Source: Alphaproteobacteria bacterium (GTDB lineage: Bacteria; Pseudomonadota; Alphaproteobacteria; Dongiales; Dongiaceae). From it: a stretch of DNA of 64,000 nt. Positions 19,623 to 31,235 of this stretch are shown here, in pieces; the first letter of the stretch is position 1; every line of letters starts with the position of its first letter. A program made the position numbers and the translations under genes. The stretch is from assembly GCA_036724615.1 (NCBI GenBank), contig DAIMFL010000003.1:3149-67148 (forward strand), written 5' to 3'. The notes beneath the pieces were generated by a model that made no database searches, was not told the origin of the DNA, and was given only the letters and a program-made list of their open reading frames with translations.

Positions 19623-20497
19623 CGGAGCCGGAGCAGGGGGAGCGGCAGGCGGCGGTCCGCCGCATCCTGGTCGCCCTCGATGCGTCCCGGGAGAGCCTGG
19701 CGGCGCTGACCACGGCCGCGCAGGTCGCCCGGCGCTTCCAGGCCGAGCTCGTGGGCCTGTTCGTCGAGGACTCCGACCTGTTCAAGCTGGCGCAGCACTC
19801 CTTCGTGCGCGAGATCAACCTGCATACCCGGGCCGGTCGCGCGCTCGATCCGGATGTCATCGCCCATGAGCTGAAGCTCCAGGCCGCGCTGGCGAGGCGG
19901 GCGCTGGAGGAGGCGGCGGGCCAGTTCCGCCTGCGATGGTCCTTCCGGGTCACGCGCGGGAAGGTGGAGGCGGAGCTGATCTCCGCCGCGCTGGAGGCCG
20001 ATCTCGTCGCGGTCGGCAAGGCCATTCGCCCGCTCACCGGGGCGATGCGGCTCGGGCGCACGGCGCAGGCGCTCACCAGCGGCTGCGCGCGCTCCGTGCT
20101 CTTCGCCGTGCCGGAGAACCGGCTCGGCGAGTCCGTCGCGCTCGCCTATGACGGGTCGCCCACGGCGGCCGACGCGCTCGATCTCGCCGCCCGGATCGCC
20201 GACGCCGACGGCGGGCGGCTGACCGTCTTCCTGGTGGCCGAGAGCAGCGACGTCGGGGCGGAGTACGAGTCCGCGGTGCGGCGGCGGCTGCGCGGCCGAC
20301 ATCTCGATCTGTCCTTCCGGCGCGTCTACGGGCGCGGATGCCGGGACATCCTCCAGGTGATCGAGGCGGAGCGCCCGCGGCTGCTCGTCGTCGGCGTGGC
20401 GCCCGGGAGCGCCGCGAACGAGCCCCTGCGGCCGGTTCTCGAATGCTCGACCTGCCCGGTGCTCCTGGTGCGGAAGCAGGAAGCGCAGGCGGCGTGA
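19619..20497 (+). CDS. tandem universal stress protein (two USP-like domains)
   Basis: 292 aa with an ATGA overlap with the Lon-like gene. Two repeats of the USP pattern (RILVALDAS...AELVGLFV and the second half ...LVVGV...CPVLLV). Confidence 0.7.
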
Positions 20498-20498
20498 G

Positions 20499-21176
20499 CT
20501 AACGGTCCGGGCGGCGGTACCTCTCTTCGACGAGCGGCACGAAGGCCACCGGCAGGATGCCCCGGCTGGAGACCGCGCCCGCGGAGTCCTTCTCGACGAC
20601 CGTCAGCTCCTGCTCGCGCGGCCAGGGCCCGACCGGGATGATCATCCGGCCGCCCGGCTTCAGCTGCTCGACGAGGGCCGGCGGGACGGACCGCCCCCCC
20701 GCCGTGACGACGATGCTGTCATAAGGCGCGCGCTCCGGCCAGCCGGAATTGCCGTCGCCGCTCCGGACGTGGACGTTCCGGTAGCCGAGGCGCTGGAGCC
20801 GCCGGGCCGCCTCGTCGGCGAGCTCCGGGACCACCTCGATGCTGTAGACCTCGTGGACCAGCTCGGCCAGCACCGCCGCCTGGTAGCCGGACCCCGTGCC
20901 GATCTCGAGCACCACGTCGGCCGGCTCCGGATCGATTAGCTCCGTCATCAGCGCGACGATATAGGGCTGCGAGATGGTCTGACCGTGGCCGATCGGCAGC
21001 GGTCCGTTGACATAGGCGAGATCCTGCTCGGACTCCGGCACGAATTTCTCGCGCTGGACCTTGCGAAGCGCGGCCATGACGCGCCCGGAAAAGACCGGCC
21101 GGCCGGTGTAGCCCGCGGTGGCGCGGGCCTCCTCCTCGATCTCCGCGATCATCCTGTCCTGCGGCGACGGCGCCAT
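20499..21176 (-). CDS. pcm: protein-L-isoaspartate O-methyltransferase
   Basis: ORF 20499..21200 (TTG). I prefer the ATG at 21176, which has an AAGGAG SD 6 nt upstream. Has GHGQTISQPYIVALMTE and the SAM motif VLEIGTGSGYQAAVLA. Confidence 0.9.
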   Translation of the reverse strand: MAPSPQDRMIAEIEEEARATAGYTGRPVFSGRVMAALRKVQREKFVPESEQDLAYVNGPLPIGHGQTISQPYIVALMTELIDPEPADVVLEIGTGSGYQAAVLAELVHEVYSIEVVPELADEAARRLQRLGYRNVHVRSGDGNSGWPERAPYDSIVVTAGGRSVPPALVEQLKPGGRMIIPVGPWPREQELTVVEKDSAGAVSSRGILPVAFVPLVEERYRRPDR

Positions 21177-21207
21177 CTGCGCTCCTTGGCCTTGCGGCAA
21201 ACGGCGG

Positions 21208-21648
21208 CTACCGCACCGTCAGGCAGCTGCATTTCGCGAGCGTGCTCACCTTGTGGGACACGCTCCCGAGCAGCAGGCCCTCGATGTCGCCAAGGCCCCG
21301 GCTGCCCATCACGATGAGATCGGCCCCGATCTGCGCGGCGTGGTCGACGATCGTGCGGGCGGGCTGTCCGAGCTTGGCGACCTTGCGAACCTCGGGCAGC
21401 CCCTTCTTGCGCGCATGATCCTCGACCTGGGCGAGGATCTCCTGGCTGCGGCGGTCGACCATCTCCTCGAGCGTCGCGGGAATGTTCTCGACCGCCATGT
21501 AGTGGCGCAGCTGTTCGGAGATCTCGGTCGACGGCTTCTTGACCACGGTGATCACGTCGAGAGCCGATCCGTATTGCTGGGCCAGGTCGATCGCCGCCAC
21601 TGCCGCACGCATGGCATGCTTCGACCCGTCCACGGCGAGCAGGAACAT
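21208..21648 (-). CDS. universal stress protein (UspA family)
   Basis: 146 aa, AGGGAGG SD. ATP-binding-type motif LIVMGSRGLGDIEGLLLGSVSHKV. Confidence 0.85.
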   Translation of the reverse strand: MFLLAVDGSKHAMRAAVAAIDLAQQYGSALDVITVVKKPSTEISEQLRHYMAVENIPATLEEMVDRRSQEILAQVEDHARKKGLPEVRKVAKLGQPARTIVDHAAQIGADLIVMGSRGLGDIEGLLLGSVSHKVSTLAKCSCLTVR

Positions 21649-21674
21649 GGCGTGGCCTCCCTTTCTGTGGCTGA

Positions 21675-22265
21675 TCAGCGTGCGACGATGTGGTGCTTGC
21701 CGACCGGCCGGACCGTGCTCGCCACCGGACCCGCCGGGCCGTCGTCCGGCGCCAGGTCGAAGCGGACCTCGCTGCCGACGTCGAGCCGCTGGAATCCGTC
21801 GTTCACCACGCTGCTGGTGTTGAAATAGATCTCGCGTTCGTCCGGCGTGCGGATGAAGCCGTAGCCCTCGTCGCGGAACATGCGGGCCACCGTGCCGTGC
21901 GGCGGGATCTCGCGCCGCTTCGGAACGTCGACCAGGCGCCGCCGGATGCCGCTCTCCAGCCGGCGGGCGGCGGCGGCGAAGGCGTCCCGGATCGCCACGT
22001 ACACGTCCTCGTGCGCATGGTCGTAGGGCGACCGGCGATTGACCCAGAGATTGCCGTTCGGCACGGTCATCTGGATCTGCACGTAGTAGAGCTTCCCCTT
22101 GTGCTTGCTTCGGTGAGGCGCCGCGATCACCACGCGGCAGCTGGTGATGCGCTGGTGGAAGCGCTTCAGCTTCGCGACTTCCTTCCTGATCCGCGCCTCC
22201 ACGGCATCGGATTGACCGATGTCACGAAAGGCGATCTCGAGGGGGAAGCCGATGTCGTCGTTCAT
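21675..22265 (-). CDS. HPF/RaiA (ribosomal S30AE) domain fused to a C-terminal cold-shock (CSD/OB) domain
   Basis: 196 aa. The N-terminal ~105 aa fit the HPF/RaiA pattern (LEIAFRDIGQSDAVEARIRKEVAKLKRFHQRITSCRVVI...EDVYVAIRDAFAAAARRLE). The C-terminus HGTVARMFRDEGYGFIRTPDEREIYFNTSSV...GSEVRF is CspA-like. Confidence 0.72.
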   Translation of the reverse strand: MNDDIGFPLEIAFRDIGQSDAVEARIRKEVAKLKRFHQRITSCRVVIAAPHRSKHKGKLYYVQIQMTVPNGNLWVNRRSPYDHAHEDVYVAIRDAFAAAARRLESGIRRRLVDVPKRREIPPHGTVARMFRDEGYGFIRTPDEREIYFNTSSVVNDGFQRLDVGSEVRFDLAPDDGPAGPVASTVRPVGKHHIVAR

Positions 22266-22314
22266 TGCTGTCTCGCTTGTACGTCGTTGGGATGACCGAC
22301 AGGCGGAGAGGGGG

Positions 22315-22560
22315 TCAGGCCGGCGGCGCGACGTCCTCCTCCCAGTCGGGCTCGTCGGCGCGCAGGATCTCGTAGACCTGCGCGACGGTTCCGGAGAGGG
22401 GCTTCCCCAGATCCCCTGAGAGGTGCTCGTCCGCGGTCAACCAGGTGAAGGCCTCCGTCACCTCGGCGGCCGTAGCCCCGGTGGCGATGATCTCCGCGAT
22501 GCGGAAATCATTGATGCGCCCGACGATGTCGATGATCTCTTCACGGGTCACTCGGCTCAT
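22315..22560 (-). CDS. small acidic hypothetical protein (81 aa)
   Basis: ORF 22315..22803, trimmed to MSRVTREEIIDIVG, where an AGGAG SD sits 6 nt upstream. High GC3. First gene downstream of the FixK-type box at 22714. Confidence 0.5.
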   Translation of the reverse strand: MSRVTREEIIDIVGRINDFRIAEIIATGATAAEVTEAFTWLTADEHLSGDLGKPLSGTVAQVYEILRADEPDWEEDVAPPA

Positions 22561-22713
22561 CGGATCTCCTGTCTCGGGTGGACATTCGTGCGACGGGCCG
22601 GCAGGTGCCGACGTGCTGGGCATAAGGGTAACTCCCTCTCCGCCTTCGCGTCCACGGGTCGGCGGTTGCCGTGTGGACGGGCCGATAATGCGGTCCGGCG
22701 CGGCATCGCCTCT

Positions 22714-22727
22714 TTGACGTGAATCAA
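22714..22727. promoter_or_regulatory. FNR/FixK-type box TTGAC-GTGA-ATCAA upstream of the small-protein/HPF-CSD/USP/pcm gene string
   Basis: 9/10 match to TTGAT-N4-ATCAA. Located in the 200-bp gap between the trxC stop (22760) and the small-ORF start (22560). Confidence 0.55.
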
Positions 22728-22759
22728 CGTGACGCGCGGGGTTCGTAGCGACCTCCGGC

Positions 22760-23197
22760 TCAGCCGCTATGCGACGCCACCCAGGACTCGATCGCCGCGG
22801 CATCCACGGCCCCGGACGCGCGGGCGAGCTCGCGGCCGCCGGAGAACAGGATGAGGGTCGGGATGCTGCGTATGCCGAGCCGAGCCGCCGCCTCCGGCGC
22901 AGCCTCGGTGTCGAGCTTCAGCAGCCGCACCCCCGGCTCGAGGCGGGACGCGGCCGTCTCGAACTCGGGCGCCATCGCCCGGCACGGCGCGCACCAGGAC
23001 GCCCAGAAATCGACCAGGACCGGGACCTCGTTCCGGGCGACATGCCGCTCGAGCCCGGCCCCGTCCACCGCGACGGGACGCCCTTCGAACAACCGGCGGC
23101 GACAGCTGCCGCATTTCCCGCCGTCGGCGAGGCGAGCCCTGGGCAGGCGGTTCACCGCACCGCAATGCGGGCAGACGAGATGGAGGAGAGCGGTCAT
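22760..23197 (-). CDS. trxC: thioredoxin 2 (TrxC type, N-terminal zinc-finger extension)
   Basis: ORF 22760..23257, trimmed to MTALLHLVCPHCGAVNRLP...CGSC (two CxxC pairs). Followed by the active site WASWCAPC. Confidence 0.85.
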   Translation of the reverse strand: MTALLHLVCPHCGAVNRLPRARLADGGKCGSCRRRLFEGRPVAVDGAGLERHVARNEVPVLVDFWASWCAPCRAMAPEFETAASRLEPGVRLLKLDTEAAPEAAARLGIRSIPTLILFSGGRELARASGAVDAAAIESWVASHSG

Positions 23198-23292
23198 CCC
23201 CGGCTCCGGATCAATCCCTGTCCCTTCGGACATGGGGAGCCGGGCCGCCGCCACCAAGGGGCCGCGGCCGGGCGGTCCGGCCGGCGCTCAGG

Positions 23293-23634
23293 TCAGATGT
23301 GGAAGGATTCGCCGCAGCCGCAGCGGCCTTTTTCGTTCGGGTTGCGGAAGACGAAGCCGGACTGGAGCTTGTCCTCCACGTAATCCATCTCGCTGCCGAT
23401 GATGAACAGCGTCGCCTTCGGGTCGATGAACAGGGTGACGCCCTTGTCCTCCACGACCTCGTCGCCCGCGACCCGTTCCTTGGCGTATTCCACGGAGTAG
23501 GACATGCCCGAGCAGCCCTTGGCTCTGACCCCGATCCTGAGGCCTTGGACCTCTCCCTGGCTTTTCGCCATGAGAGCCTTCACGCGGGCCGCGGCGGCTT
23601 CGGTGACGGTGATGACGTTGGGCAGCTTTCGCAT
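23293..23634 (-). CDS. sufA: A-type Fe-S cluster carrier (SufA/IscA/ErpA family)
   Basis: 113 aa. GCSGMSY and C-terminal CGCGESF motifs. Confidence 0.9.
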   Translation of the reverse strand: MRKLPNVITVTEAAAARVKALMAKSQGEVQGLRIGVRAKGCSGMSYSVEYAKERVAGDEVVEDKGVTLFIDPKATLFIIGSEMDYVEDKLQSGFVFRNPNEKGRCGCGESFHI

Positions 23635-23656
23635 GGGCCTTCCCGGCAGCTCCTGA

Positions 23657-24031
23657 TCAGTAGAATCCCAGCTCGAGGCGCGCGGCCTCGGACATCATAG
23701 ATTGGTCCCAGGGCGGGTCCCAGACAAGCTCCACGCGGACATCTTCCACCCCGGGGACCGCGCTGACGGCGTTCTCCACCATCCCCGGCATCTCGCCGGC
23801 GACGGGGCAGGCGGGGGCGGTGAGGGTCATGTCGATCTCGACCTTGCCGTCCGGCGACACGTCGCAGCGATAGATCAGCCCCAGCTCGTAGATGTTGACC
23901 GGGATCTCCGGGTCGTAGACGCCGTGCAGCGCATCGATCACCGCCATGCGCAGCTCGTCCACGCTGCCCGCTCCCGCGGGCCGGTGGGCGGCCTCCGCTT
24001 CATTGGTCCGGTTCAGAATTCCCTCCGACAT
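23657..24031 (-). CDS. sufT: SUF-associated DUF59/MIP18 family Fe-S assembly protein (SufT-like)
   Basis: ORF 23657..24043 (TTG). I prefer the ATG at 24031, with a GAGGAA SD. Has the YDPEIPVNIYELGLIY and LTAPACP motifs. Confidence 0.8.
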   Translation of the reverse strand: MSEGILNRTNEAEAAHRPAGAGSVDELRMAVIDALHGVYDPEIPVNIYELGLIYRCDVSPDGKVEIDMTLTAPACPVAGEMPGMVENAVSAVPGVEDVRVELVWDPPWDQSMMSEAARLELGFY

Positions 24032-24039
24032 CGCGTTCC

Positions 24040-24504
24040 TCAATCACCCGGGGCCTCGGTGCTGACCGTGGTCGCCCCGCCTTCCAGCGCGGCGGTGAGC
24101 GTGTGCCAGGACAGCGTGGCGCACTTCACCCGCATCGGGTACTCCCGCACGCCGGAGAGCACCTGGAGCTTGTCGAGCTCGTCGATCCCGGCTGCGTCCG
24201 GTGCGTTGCCGGTCATCATGTCGTGAAAGCGGTGGAACAGCGCCTGCACCTCGGCCACCGGCTTTCCCTTGACGGACTCGGTCATCAGCGACGCCGAGGC
24301 GGTCGAGATCGCACAGCCGCGCCCCTCGAAAGCGGCCTCCTTGACCAGGCCGTTCTCGACCGTCAGGTAGACCGTCACCTTGTCGCCGCAGAGCGGGTTG
24401 TCGCCACGCGCCTCGTGCGTCGGGTGCGCAGGCTTCCCGAAGTTCCGCGGCCGCTTGTTGTGATCCAGGATGATCTCCTGGTACAGGTCCCTGAGCTCGG
24501 ACAT
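24040..24504 (-). CDS. sufU: SufU/IscU-like (NifU N-terminal family) Fe-S scaffold or sulfurtransferase
   Basis: 154 aa. ILDHNKRPRNFG, NPLCGD, GCAISTASAS and a C-terminal Cys (VKCATL). Confidence 0.85.
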   Translation of the reverse strand: MSELRDLYQEIILDHNKRPRNFGKPAHPTHEARGDNPLCGDKVTVYLTVENGLVKEAAFEGRGCAISTASASLMTESVKGKPVAEVQALFHRFHDMMTGNAPDAAGIDELDKLQVLSGVREYPMRVKCATLSWHTLTAALEGGATTVSTEAPGD

Positions 24505-25760
24505 CAGCCGAAGATCTCCCTGACCCGGCGCAGCCCGTCGACCAGCACGTCGACCTCGTCGAACCGGTTGTAGAGCCCGAACGAGGCGCGCACCGTTCCG
24601 GCGACGCCGAAGCGGTCCATGGTGGGCTGGGCGCAGTGGTGTCCGGCGCGCACCGCGATCCCCCGCTCGTCGAGGATCGTGCCGATGTCGTGCGGGTGCA
24701 CGCCGTCCAGCGTGAAGGATACGATGCTCGCCTTGTCCGCTGCGGTCCCGTACATGGTGAGGCCGGGCACCTCGCGCAAGCGGTCGAGCGCGTAACCGAG
24801 GAGGGCCCCTTCATGGCTCTCCACCCGGTCGAGGCCGAGCGCCACCACGTAGTCGACCGCGGCGCCGAAGCCGATCGCCCCGGCGATGTTCGGAGTTCCC
24901 GCCTCGAAGCGCGCCGGGATGTCGGCATACTCCGTCTTCTCGAAGCTGACCGTCCGGATCATGTCGCCGCCGCCCTGATAGGGCGGCATCGTCTCCAGGA
25001 GCTCGGCCCGACCGTAGAGCGCGCCGATTCCGGTCGGCCCATACACCTTGTGGGCGGAGAAGGCGTAGAAGTCGCAATCCAGCACCTGCATGTCGAGCTG
25101 CTGGTGCGGCGCCGCCTGGCAGCCGTCGATCAGCACCTTGGCGCCCTCTGCATGGGCGAGACGGGTGATCTCCGCCACCGGCAGCACCGTGCCGAGCGCG
25201 TTCGAGATATGGGCCACCGCGACGAGCCGGGTGCGCGGCCCGAGCAGGCGTTCGTATTCCTCCATCATGAAGGCGCCGCGGTCGTCGATCGGCACGACCT
25301 TGAGCACGATGCCCTTGCGGTCGCGCAGCATCTGCCAGGGCACGATGTTGGAGTGATGCTCGATCGCCGAGATGATCACCTCGTCGCCTTCCCGGAGGAA
25401 GCGGTCGCCGTAGCTCGACGCCACCAGGTTGATGGCCTCGGTCGCGCTGCGGGTGAAGACGATCTCGCGGGCGGCGCGCGCGTTGAGGAAACGCGCGACC
25501 TTCTCGCGCGCCGCCTCGAAGTTCTGGGTCGCCAGCGCGCTCAGGTGGTAGACGCCGCGATGGACGTTGGCATATTCGTCCGCATAGCATTTCAGCTCGG
25601 CCTCGATCACCTGCCGCGGCTTCTGCGCGCTCGCCGCGCTGTCCAGGAACACGAGCGGCTTGCCGTGCACCAGGCGCGACAGGATCGGAAAGTCCTGGCG
25701 CACCCGCTCCACGTCGTACGGGGCCGAGTTCAGCCGTTCCGCGGCGCGGATCACTGTCAT
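24504..25760 (-). CDS. sufS: cysteine desulfurase, SufS type
   Basis: ORF 24504..25970, trimmed to MTVIRAAE (ATGA overlap with the sufD stop). PLP Lys in FSAHKVYGPTG and active site RAGHHCAQP. Confidence 0.95.
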   Translation of the reverse strand: MTVIRAAERLNSAPYDVERVRQDFPILSRLVHGKPLVFLDSAASAQKPRQVIEAELKCYADEYANVHRGVYHLSALATQNFEAAREKVARFLNARAAREIVFTRSATEAINLVASSYGDRFLREGDEVIISAIEHHSNIVPWQMLRDRKGIVLKVVPIDDRGAFMMEEYERLLGPRTRLVAVAHISNALGTVLPVAEITRLAHAEGAKVLIDGCQAAPHQQLDMQVLDCDFYAFSAHKVYGPTGIGALYGRAELLETMPPYQGGGDMIRTVSFEKTEYADIPARFEAGTPNIAGAIGFGAAVDYVVALGLDRVESHEGALLGYALDRLREVPGLTMYGTAADKASIVSFTLDGVHPHDIGTILDERGIAVRAGHHCAQPTMDRFGVAGTVRASFGLYNRFDEVDVLVDGLRRVREIFG

Positions 25761-27100
25761 CGAGTGCCCTCCGCGGAGGAGCCGCGCAGCCAGTCCCGGA
25801 CGACGCCTGCGAAGGCCTGGCGGACCGGCTCGCTCGCGATCTCGTCCAGCACCTCGCCGACGAAGGCCTCGACCAGCATGCTCCGCGCGTCGTCCTCGTC
25901 GATGCCGCGCGCGCGCAGATAGAACAGCGCGTCGTGATCGATCTCGCCGGCGGTCGCCCCGTGGCTGCACTTCACGTCGTCGGCATAGATCTCGAGCTCG
26001 GGCTTGGTATCGATCTCCGCCCGGTCGGACAGCAGCAGGGTCTTGCAGCTCTGGTGGCCATCCGTCTTCTGGGCATCGGGGGCGCCGACGATCCGGCCCT
26101 GGAACACGCCGCGGCCCTGGTCGTCCAGCACACCCTTGTAGACCTCGCGGCTGGAGGCTTCGCGCGAGGCGTGGATGATCTCGGTGGTGGTGTCGAGATG
26201 CTGACGGCCGCGGGCCAGGAACGCGCCGTCCAGCCGGCAGGAGGCGCCCGGCCCGTCCAGGCTGACGGTGATGTCGTTGCGGGCGAGCGCGGCGCCGGTC
26301 GCGAGGGCGAAGCCGTCATAGCGCGCCTGCTCCGCCACCCGCGCCGTGACGGTCGCGATGTGGTAGGCCTCCGGGCCTTCCTGCTGCGACTTGTAATGCG
26401 CGATCACGGCGCCCGCTTCCAGGGTGATATCGGTCACCGGCTGGGCCCAGTAGGCGCCGGCGGCGGCCGGCGCATAGAGCTCGACCACCGTGGCGCGGGA
26501 GTTTGCACCCGCCACGATCAGGTTGCGCGAGTGATAGGCGAGCTCCTTGCCGGCATGCCCGCCCAGGAACACGAGGACGAGCGGGCGCTCGAGCACCGTG
26601 CCGGGGGCGAGGCGGATCACAGCGCCGTCGGCCATCAGCGCGGTGTTGAGCGCGGCGAACGGATCGGCCGCGGCCCGGCTCGCCAGCGCCGCCTCCAGCG
26701 CGCCCGGATCGCGGGCGAGGAGGTCGGCCAGGCTGTCGACCGACGCGCCGTCCGGCAGGCCGGCGAGGTCGGAGAGCTCGCGGCGGAACACGCCGTTCAG
26801 GAAGACCATACGGTAGGCGGGCGTCTGCGCGGGCAGGAACCGCGGCAGCTCCACCGCCGCCGGGGCGCCGGTCTCGTTCGCGGCGGTCGCGAAGCCAGCC
26901 TTCGCCAGGGCGCCGAGATTGGTGTACTTCCAGCGCTCCACGCGCGGGCTCGGCACGCCCTCGCGCATCACGCGGGCGAGCGCGTCCTCGCGCAGGCGCC
27001 GCAGCCAGGCGACATCCGCGCCGGGGAGCTCGGAAACGGCGCGGGCGCTGCGCTCGGCATAGGGCAGGGCGATCGCGGCGGGTCGGGGGGAGGCCGTCAT
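25757..27100 (-). CDS. sufD: Fe-S cluster assembly protein SufD
   Basis: 447 aa. Positioned between sufC and sufS. C-terminal beta-helix region shows similarity to SufB (KCSHGATAGEID...FYLRARGI). Confidence 0.9.
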   Translation of the reverse strand: MTASPRPAAIALPYAERSARAVSELPGADVAWLRRLREDALARVMREGVPSPRVERWKYTNLGALAKAGFATAANETGAPAAVELPRFLPAQTPAYRMVFLNGVFRRELSDLAGLPDGASVDSLADLLARDPGALEAALASRAAADPFAALNTALMADGAVIRLAPGTVLERPLVLVFLGGHAGKELAYHSRNLIVAGANSRATVVELYAPAAAGAYWAQPVTDITLEAGAVIAHYKSQQEGPEAYHIATVTARVAEQARYDGFALATGAALARNDITVSLDGPGASCRLDGAFLARGRQHLDTTTEIIHASREASSREVYKGVLDDQGRGVFQGRIVGAPDAQKTDGHQSCKTLLLSDRAEIDTKPELEIYADDVKCSHGATAGEIDHDALFYLRARGIDEDDARSMLVEAFVGEVLDEIASEPVRQAFAGVVRDWLRGSSAEGTR

Positions 27101-27121
27101 GTTCCGGGTGTCCGCCGTCCG

Positions 27122-27886
<765 letters not shown>

Positions 27887-27911
27887 GTCTTCCGTTTCAC
27901 AGGGCGCCGGG

Positions 27912-29369
<1,458 letters not shown>

Positions 29370-29379
29370 TGATGCCTTC

Positions 29380-29856
29380 TCAGGAGGCGGTCGGCCGGGG
29401 CGATGCGGCGTCGGTCGGCAGGTCGACCGAGCAGGCTGGCTTGCGCGGCGGCGGTGGCGCGGCGAGGTCGGCGAGCGACACCTCCTCCAGCGCCTGCCGG
29501 ATGGCGGTGTTGATCCGCATCCAGCCGCGCCGGGACGGGCAGGCGGTCTCCACCTCGCAGGCGCCGTCGCCGTGCTCGATGCAGAGCGTCATGGCGATCG
29601 GCCCGTCCTGGGCCGAAACGATCTCGGCCGCCGAGATCTTCTCGGGCGGCCGCGCCAGGCGATAGCCGCCGCGGGCCCCGCGATGGGAGACCAGCACGCC
29701 GGCCCGGGTGAGCGCGACCAGCACCTTGCTGACGGTCGGCGCCGGCAGCTGGGTCGTCGCGGCCAGGTCGATGGCGTTGTAGAAGGCCTCCGGCCGAGCG
29801 GCCATGTGCCCGGTCAGCACCACGCCGTAATCGGCTAGGCGGCTCGCTCGGATCAT
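29380..29856 (-). CDS. Rrf2 family transcriptional regulator (IscR/SufR-like, three candidate cluster Cys)
   Basis: 158 aa. N-terminal wHTH ([14 protein letters not shown]...[28 protein letters not shown]) and Cys triad [15 protein letters not shown]. First gene of the suf operon. Confidence 0.9.
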   Translation of the reverse strand: MIRASRLADYGVVLTGHMAARPEAFYNAIDLAATTQLPAPTVSKVLVALTRAGVLVSHRGARGGYRLARPPEKISAAEIVSAQDGPIAMTLCIEHGDGACEVETACPSRRGWMRINTAIRQALEEVSLADLAAPPPPRKPACSVDLPTDAASPRPTAS

Positions 29857-29870
29857 CCTGCTGCCCCTGA

Positions 29871-29897
29871 CAATTAAGACCGTTTCAGTCGTAATTG
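29871..29897. promoter_or_regulatory. imperfect 27-bp palindrome CAATTAAGACCG-TTT-CAGTCGTAATTG just upstream of the Rrf2 gene (candidate Rrf2/IscR-type operator)
   Basis: Read directly. On the gene strand it is AATTACGACTGAAACGGTCTTAATT, which resembles the GACT-N5-AGTC core of IscR type-1 sites. AT-rich island 15 bp from the ATG. Confidence 0.4.
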
Positions 29898-30133
29898 GAA
29901 GATAGGCAGCCGGGTCGGCTTGTCAAGCTGAATGCCGGGCCATGGCAGGGCTGCCGGCCGGCCGTTTCGTCGCAGCAACGGAGGCCCCGTGGGTTCCTTG
30001 ACCCTCCCGGGGCGGCCGACATAATGCTGTGCGCAGGGGGCGGTGTCGCGCACATTCGTGTCGCAACACGGTTCCCGCAGAGGGCGCGCGCGACGGTCGA
30101 ACCGCGCGCGCAGCAACACGAAAGGACTGGGAG

Positions 30134-31207
30134 ATGATGGACCGAAGGGGTCTTCTTGGCGCGTTCGCGGCGGCCGTGCTGGCCGGCGGCGCCCTGGCGC
30201 TGCCGCAGGCCGCCGCGGCCCAGGAGCTGCACGTTCTCAACTGGCAGGGCTACGGCACCGACGAGGCCTGGGCCACCGAGCTCTTCGAGCAGCGCACCGG
30301 GGTGAAGGTCGTCCACGACTACTTCAACTCCGAGCAGGAGATGCTGACGAAGCTCCGGACCAGCCCGGGAACCTACGACGTCGTGCTGATCAACAGCTCG
30401 TTCACCGGCCAGGCCGCGGAGGAAGGCCTGATCCAGCCCATCGACCCCGCCCTCGTCTCGAACTTCGCCGATCTCAGCGAGAAGATGCGGAACTCGCCCT
30501 TTCTCAACATGGACGGGCAGGTCTACGGCGTGGCCTGGGTCTGGGGCGTGACCTCCTTCGCCTACAACACCACGAAGATCGCCACGCCGCCGACCTCGAT
30601 CCAGGCGCTCTGGGATCCGGCGAACGCGGGGCGGGTCGGCTGGCGCGACGACGCGGTCGAGGCGGTGCAGCTTGCCGCCATCGCCACCGGCCAGGACATG
30701 AACGATCCGGCCGACATGGACAAGATCCGCGAGAAGCTCCTGGCGCTGAAGCCGCAGATCAAGACCTTCTGGTCGTCCGAGGACGAGTGGAACAAGTACA
30801 TGGCCGCGGGCGACTTCGACATCGCCGTGTACTGGAGCGGCTCGGCGGAGCGCAGCAAGAAGACCTTCAACCTGCCGGTGGAGTTCGTGATTCCCGAGGA
30901 AGGCGCGATCGGCTGGCTCGACGGGCTGTCGATCGCGACGGACGCGCCGAACGCCGAGGCGGCCGCCCAGTTCATCGACTTCATGGTGAGCCCCGAGTTC
31001 TACGTGAAGTGGGGCAGCGCCGTAGGCGCTCCGGCCTCGGCCAACGAGAAGGCCAATGCCCAGCTGCCGGAGGATGCCTTCAACCGGCAGGTGCTCGGAG
31101 ATCCGGCGGTGGTCGAGCGGCTCCAGTTCATGGCGCCGATTCCGGAGGATCGCCGCCAGGCCTATCTGGAGCTCTGGCAGGAGGTGAAGACCTCGTTCGG
31201 CCAGTAG
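30134..31207 (+). CDS. ABC transporter periplasmic substrate-binding protein, PotD/PotF (polyamine-type) family
   Basis: ORF 30029..31207, trimmed to MMDRRGLLGAFAAAVLAGGALA (signal peptide). LHVLNWQGYG...YDVVLINSSF is typical of PotD-like SBPs. Confidence 0.85.
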   Translation: MMDRRGLLGAFAAAVLAGGALALPQAAAAQELHVLNWQGYGTDEAWATELFEQRTGVKVVHDYFNSEQEMLTKLRTSPGTYDVVLINSSFTGQAAEEGLIQPIDPALVSNFADLSEKMRNSPFLNMDGQVYGVAWVWGVTSFAYNTTKIATPPTSIQALWDPANAGRVGWRDDAVEAVQLAAIATGQDMNDPADMDKIREKLLALKPQIKTFWSSEDEWNKYMAAGDFDIAVYWSGSAERSKKTFNLPVEFVIPEEGAIGWLDGLSIATDAPNAEAAAQFIDFMVSPEFYVKWGSAVGAPASANEKANAQLPEDAFNRQVLGDPAVVERLQFMAPIPEDRRQAYLELWQEVKTSFGQ

Positions 31208-31235
31208 GCGACCTCCGCCGCGACAGGGCAGGGGA

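Noticed and set aside
22561-22803. Longer 162-aa version of the small ORF upstream of the HPF-CSD gene
   Set aside because: The extension would read through the FixK-type box and into trxC. The internal ATG at 22560 has a proper AGGAG SD, and the extension is Arg/Pro-rich.
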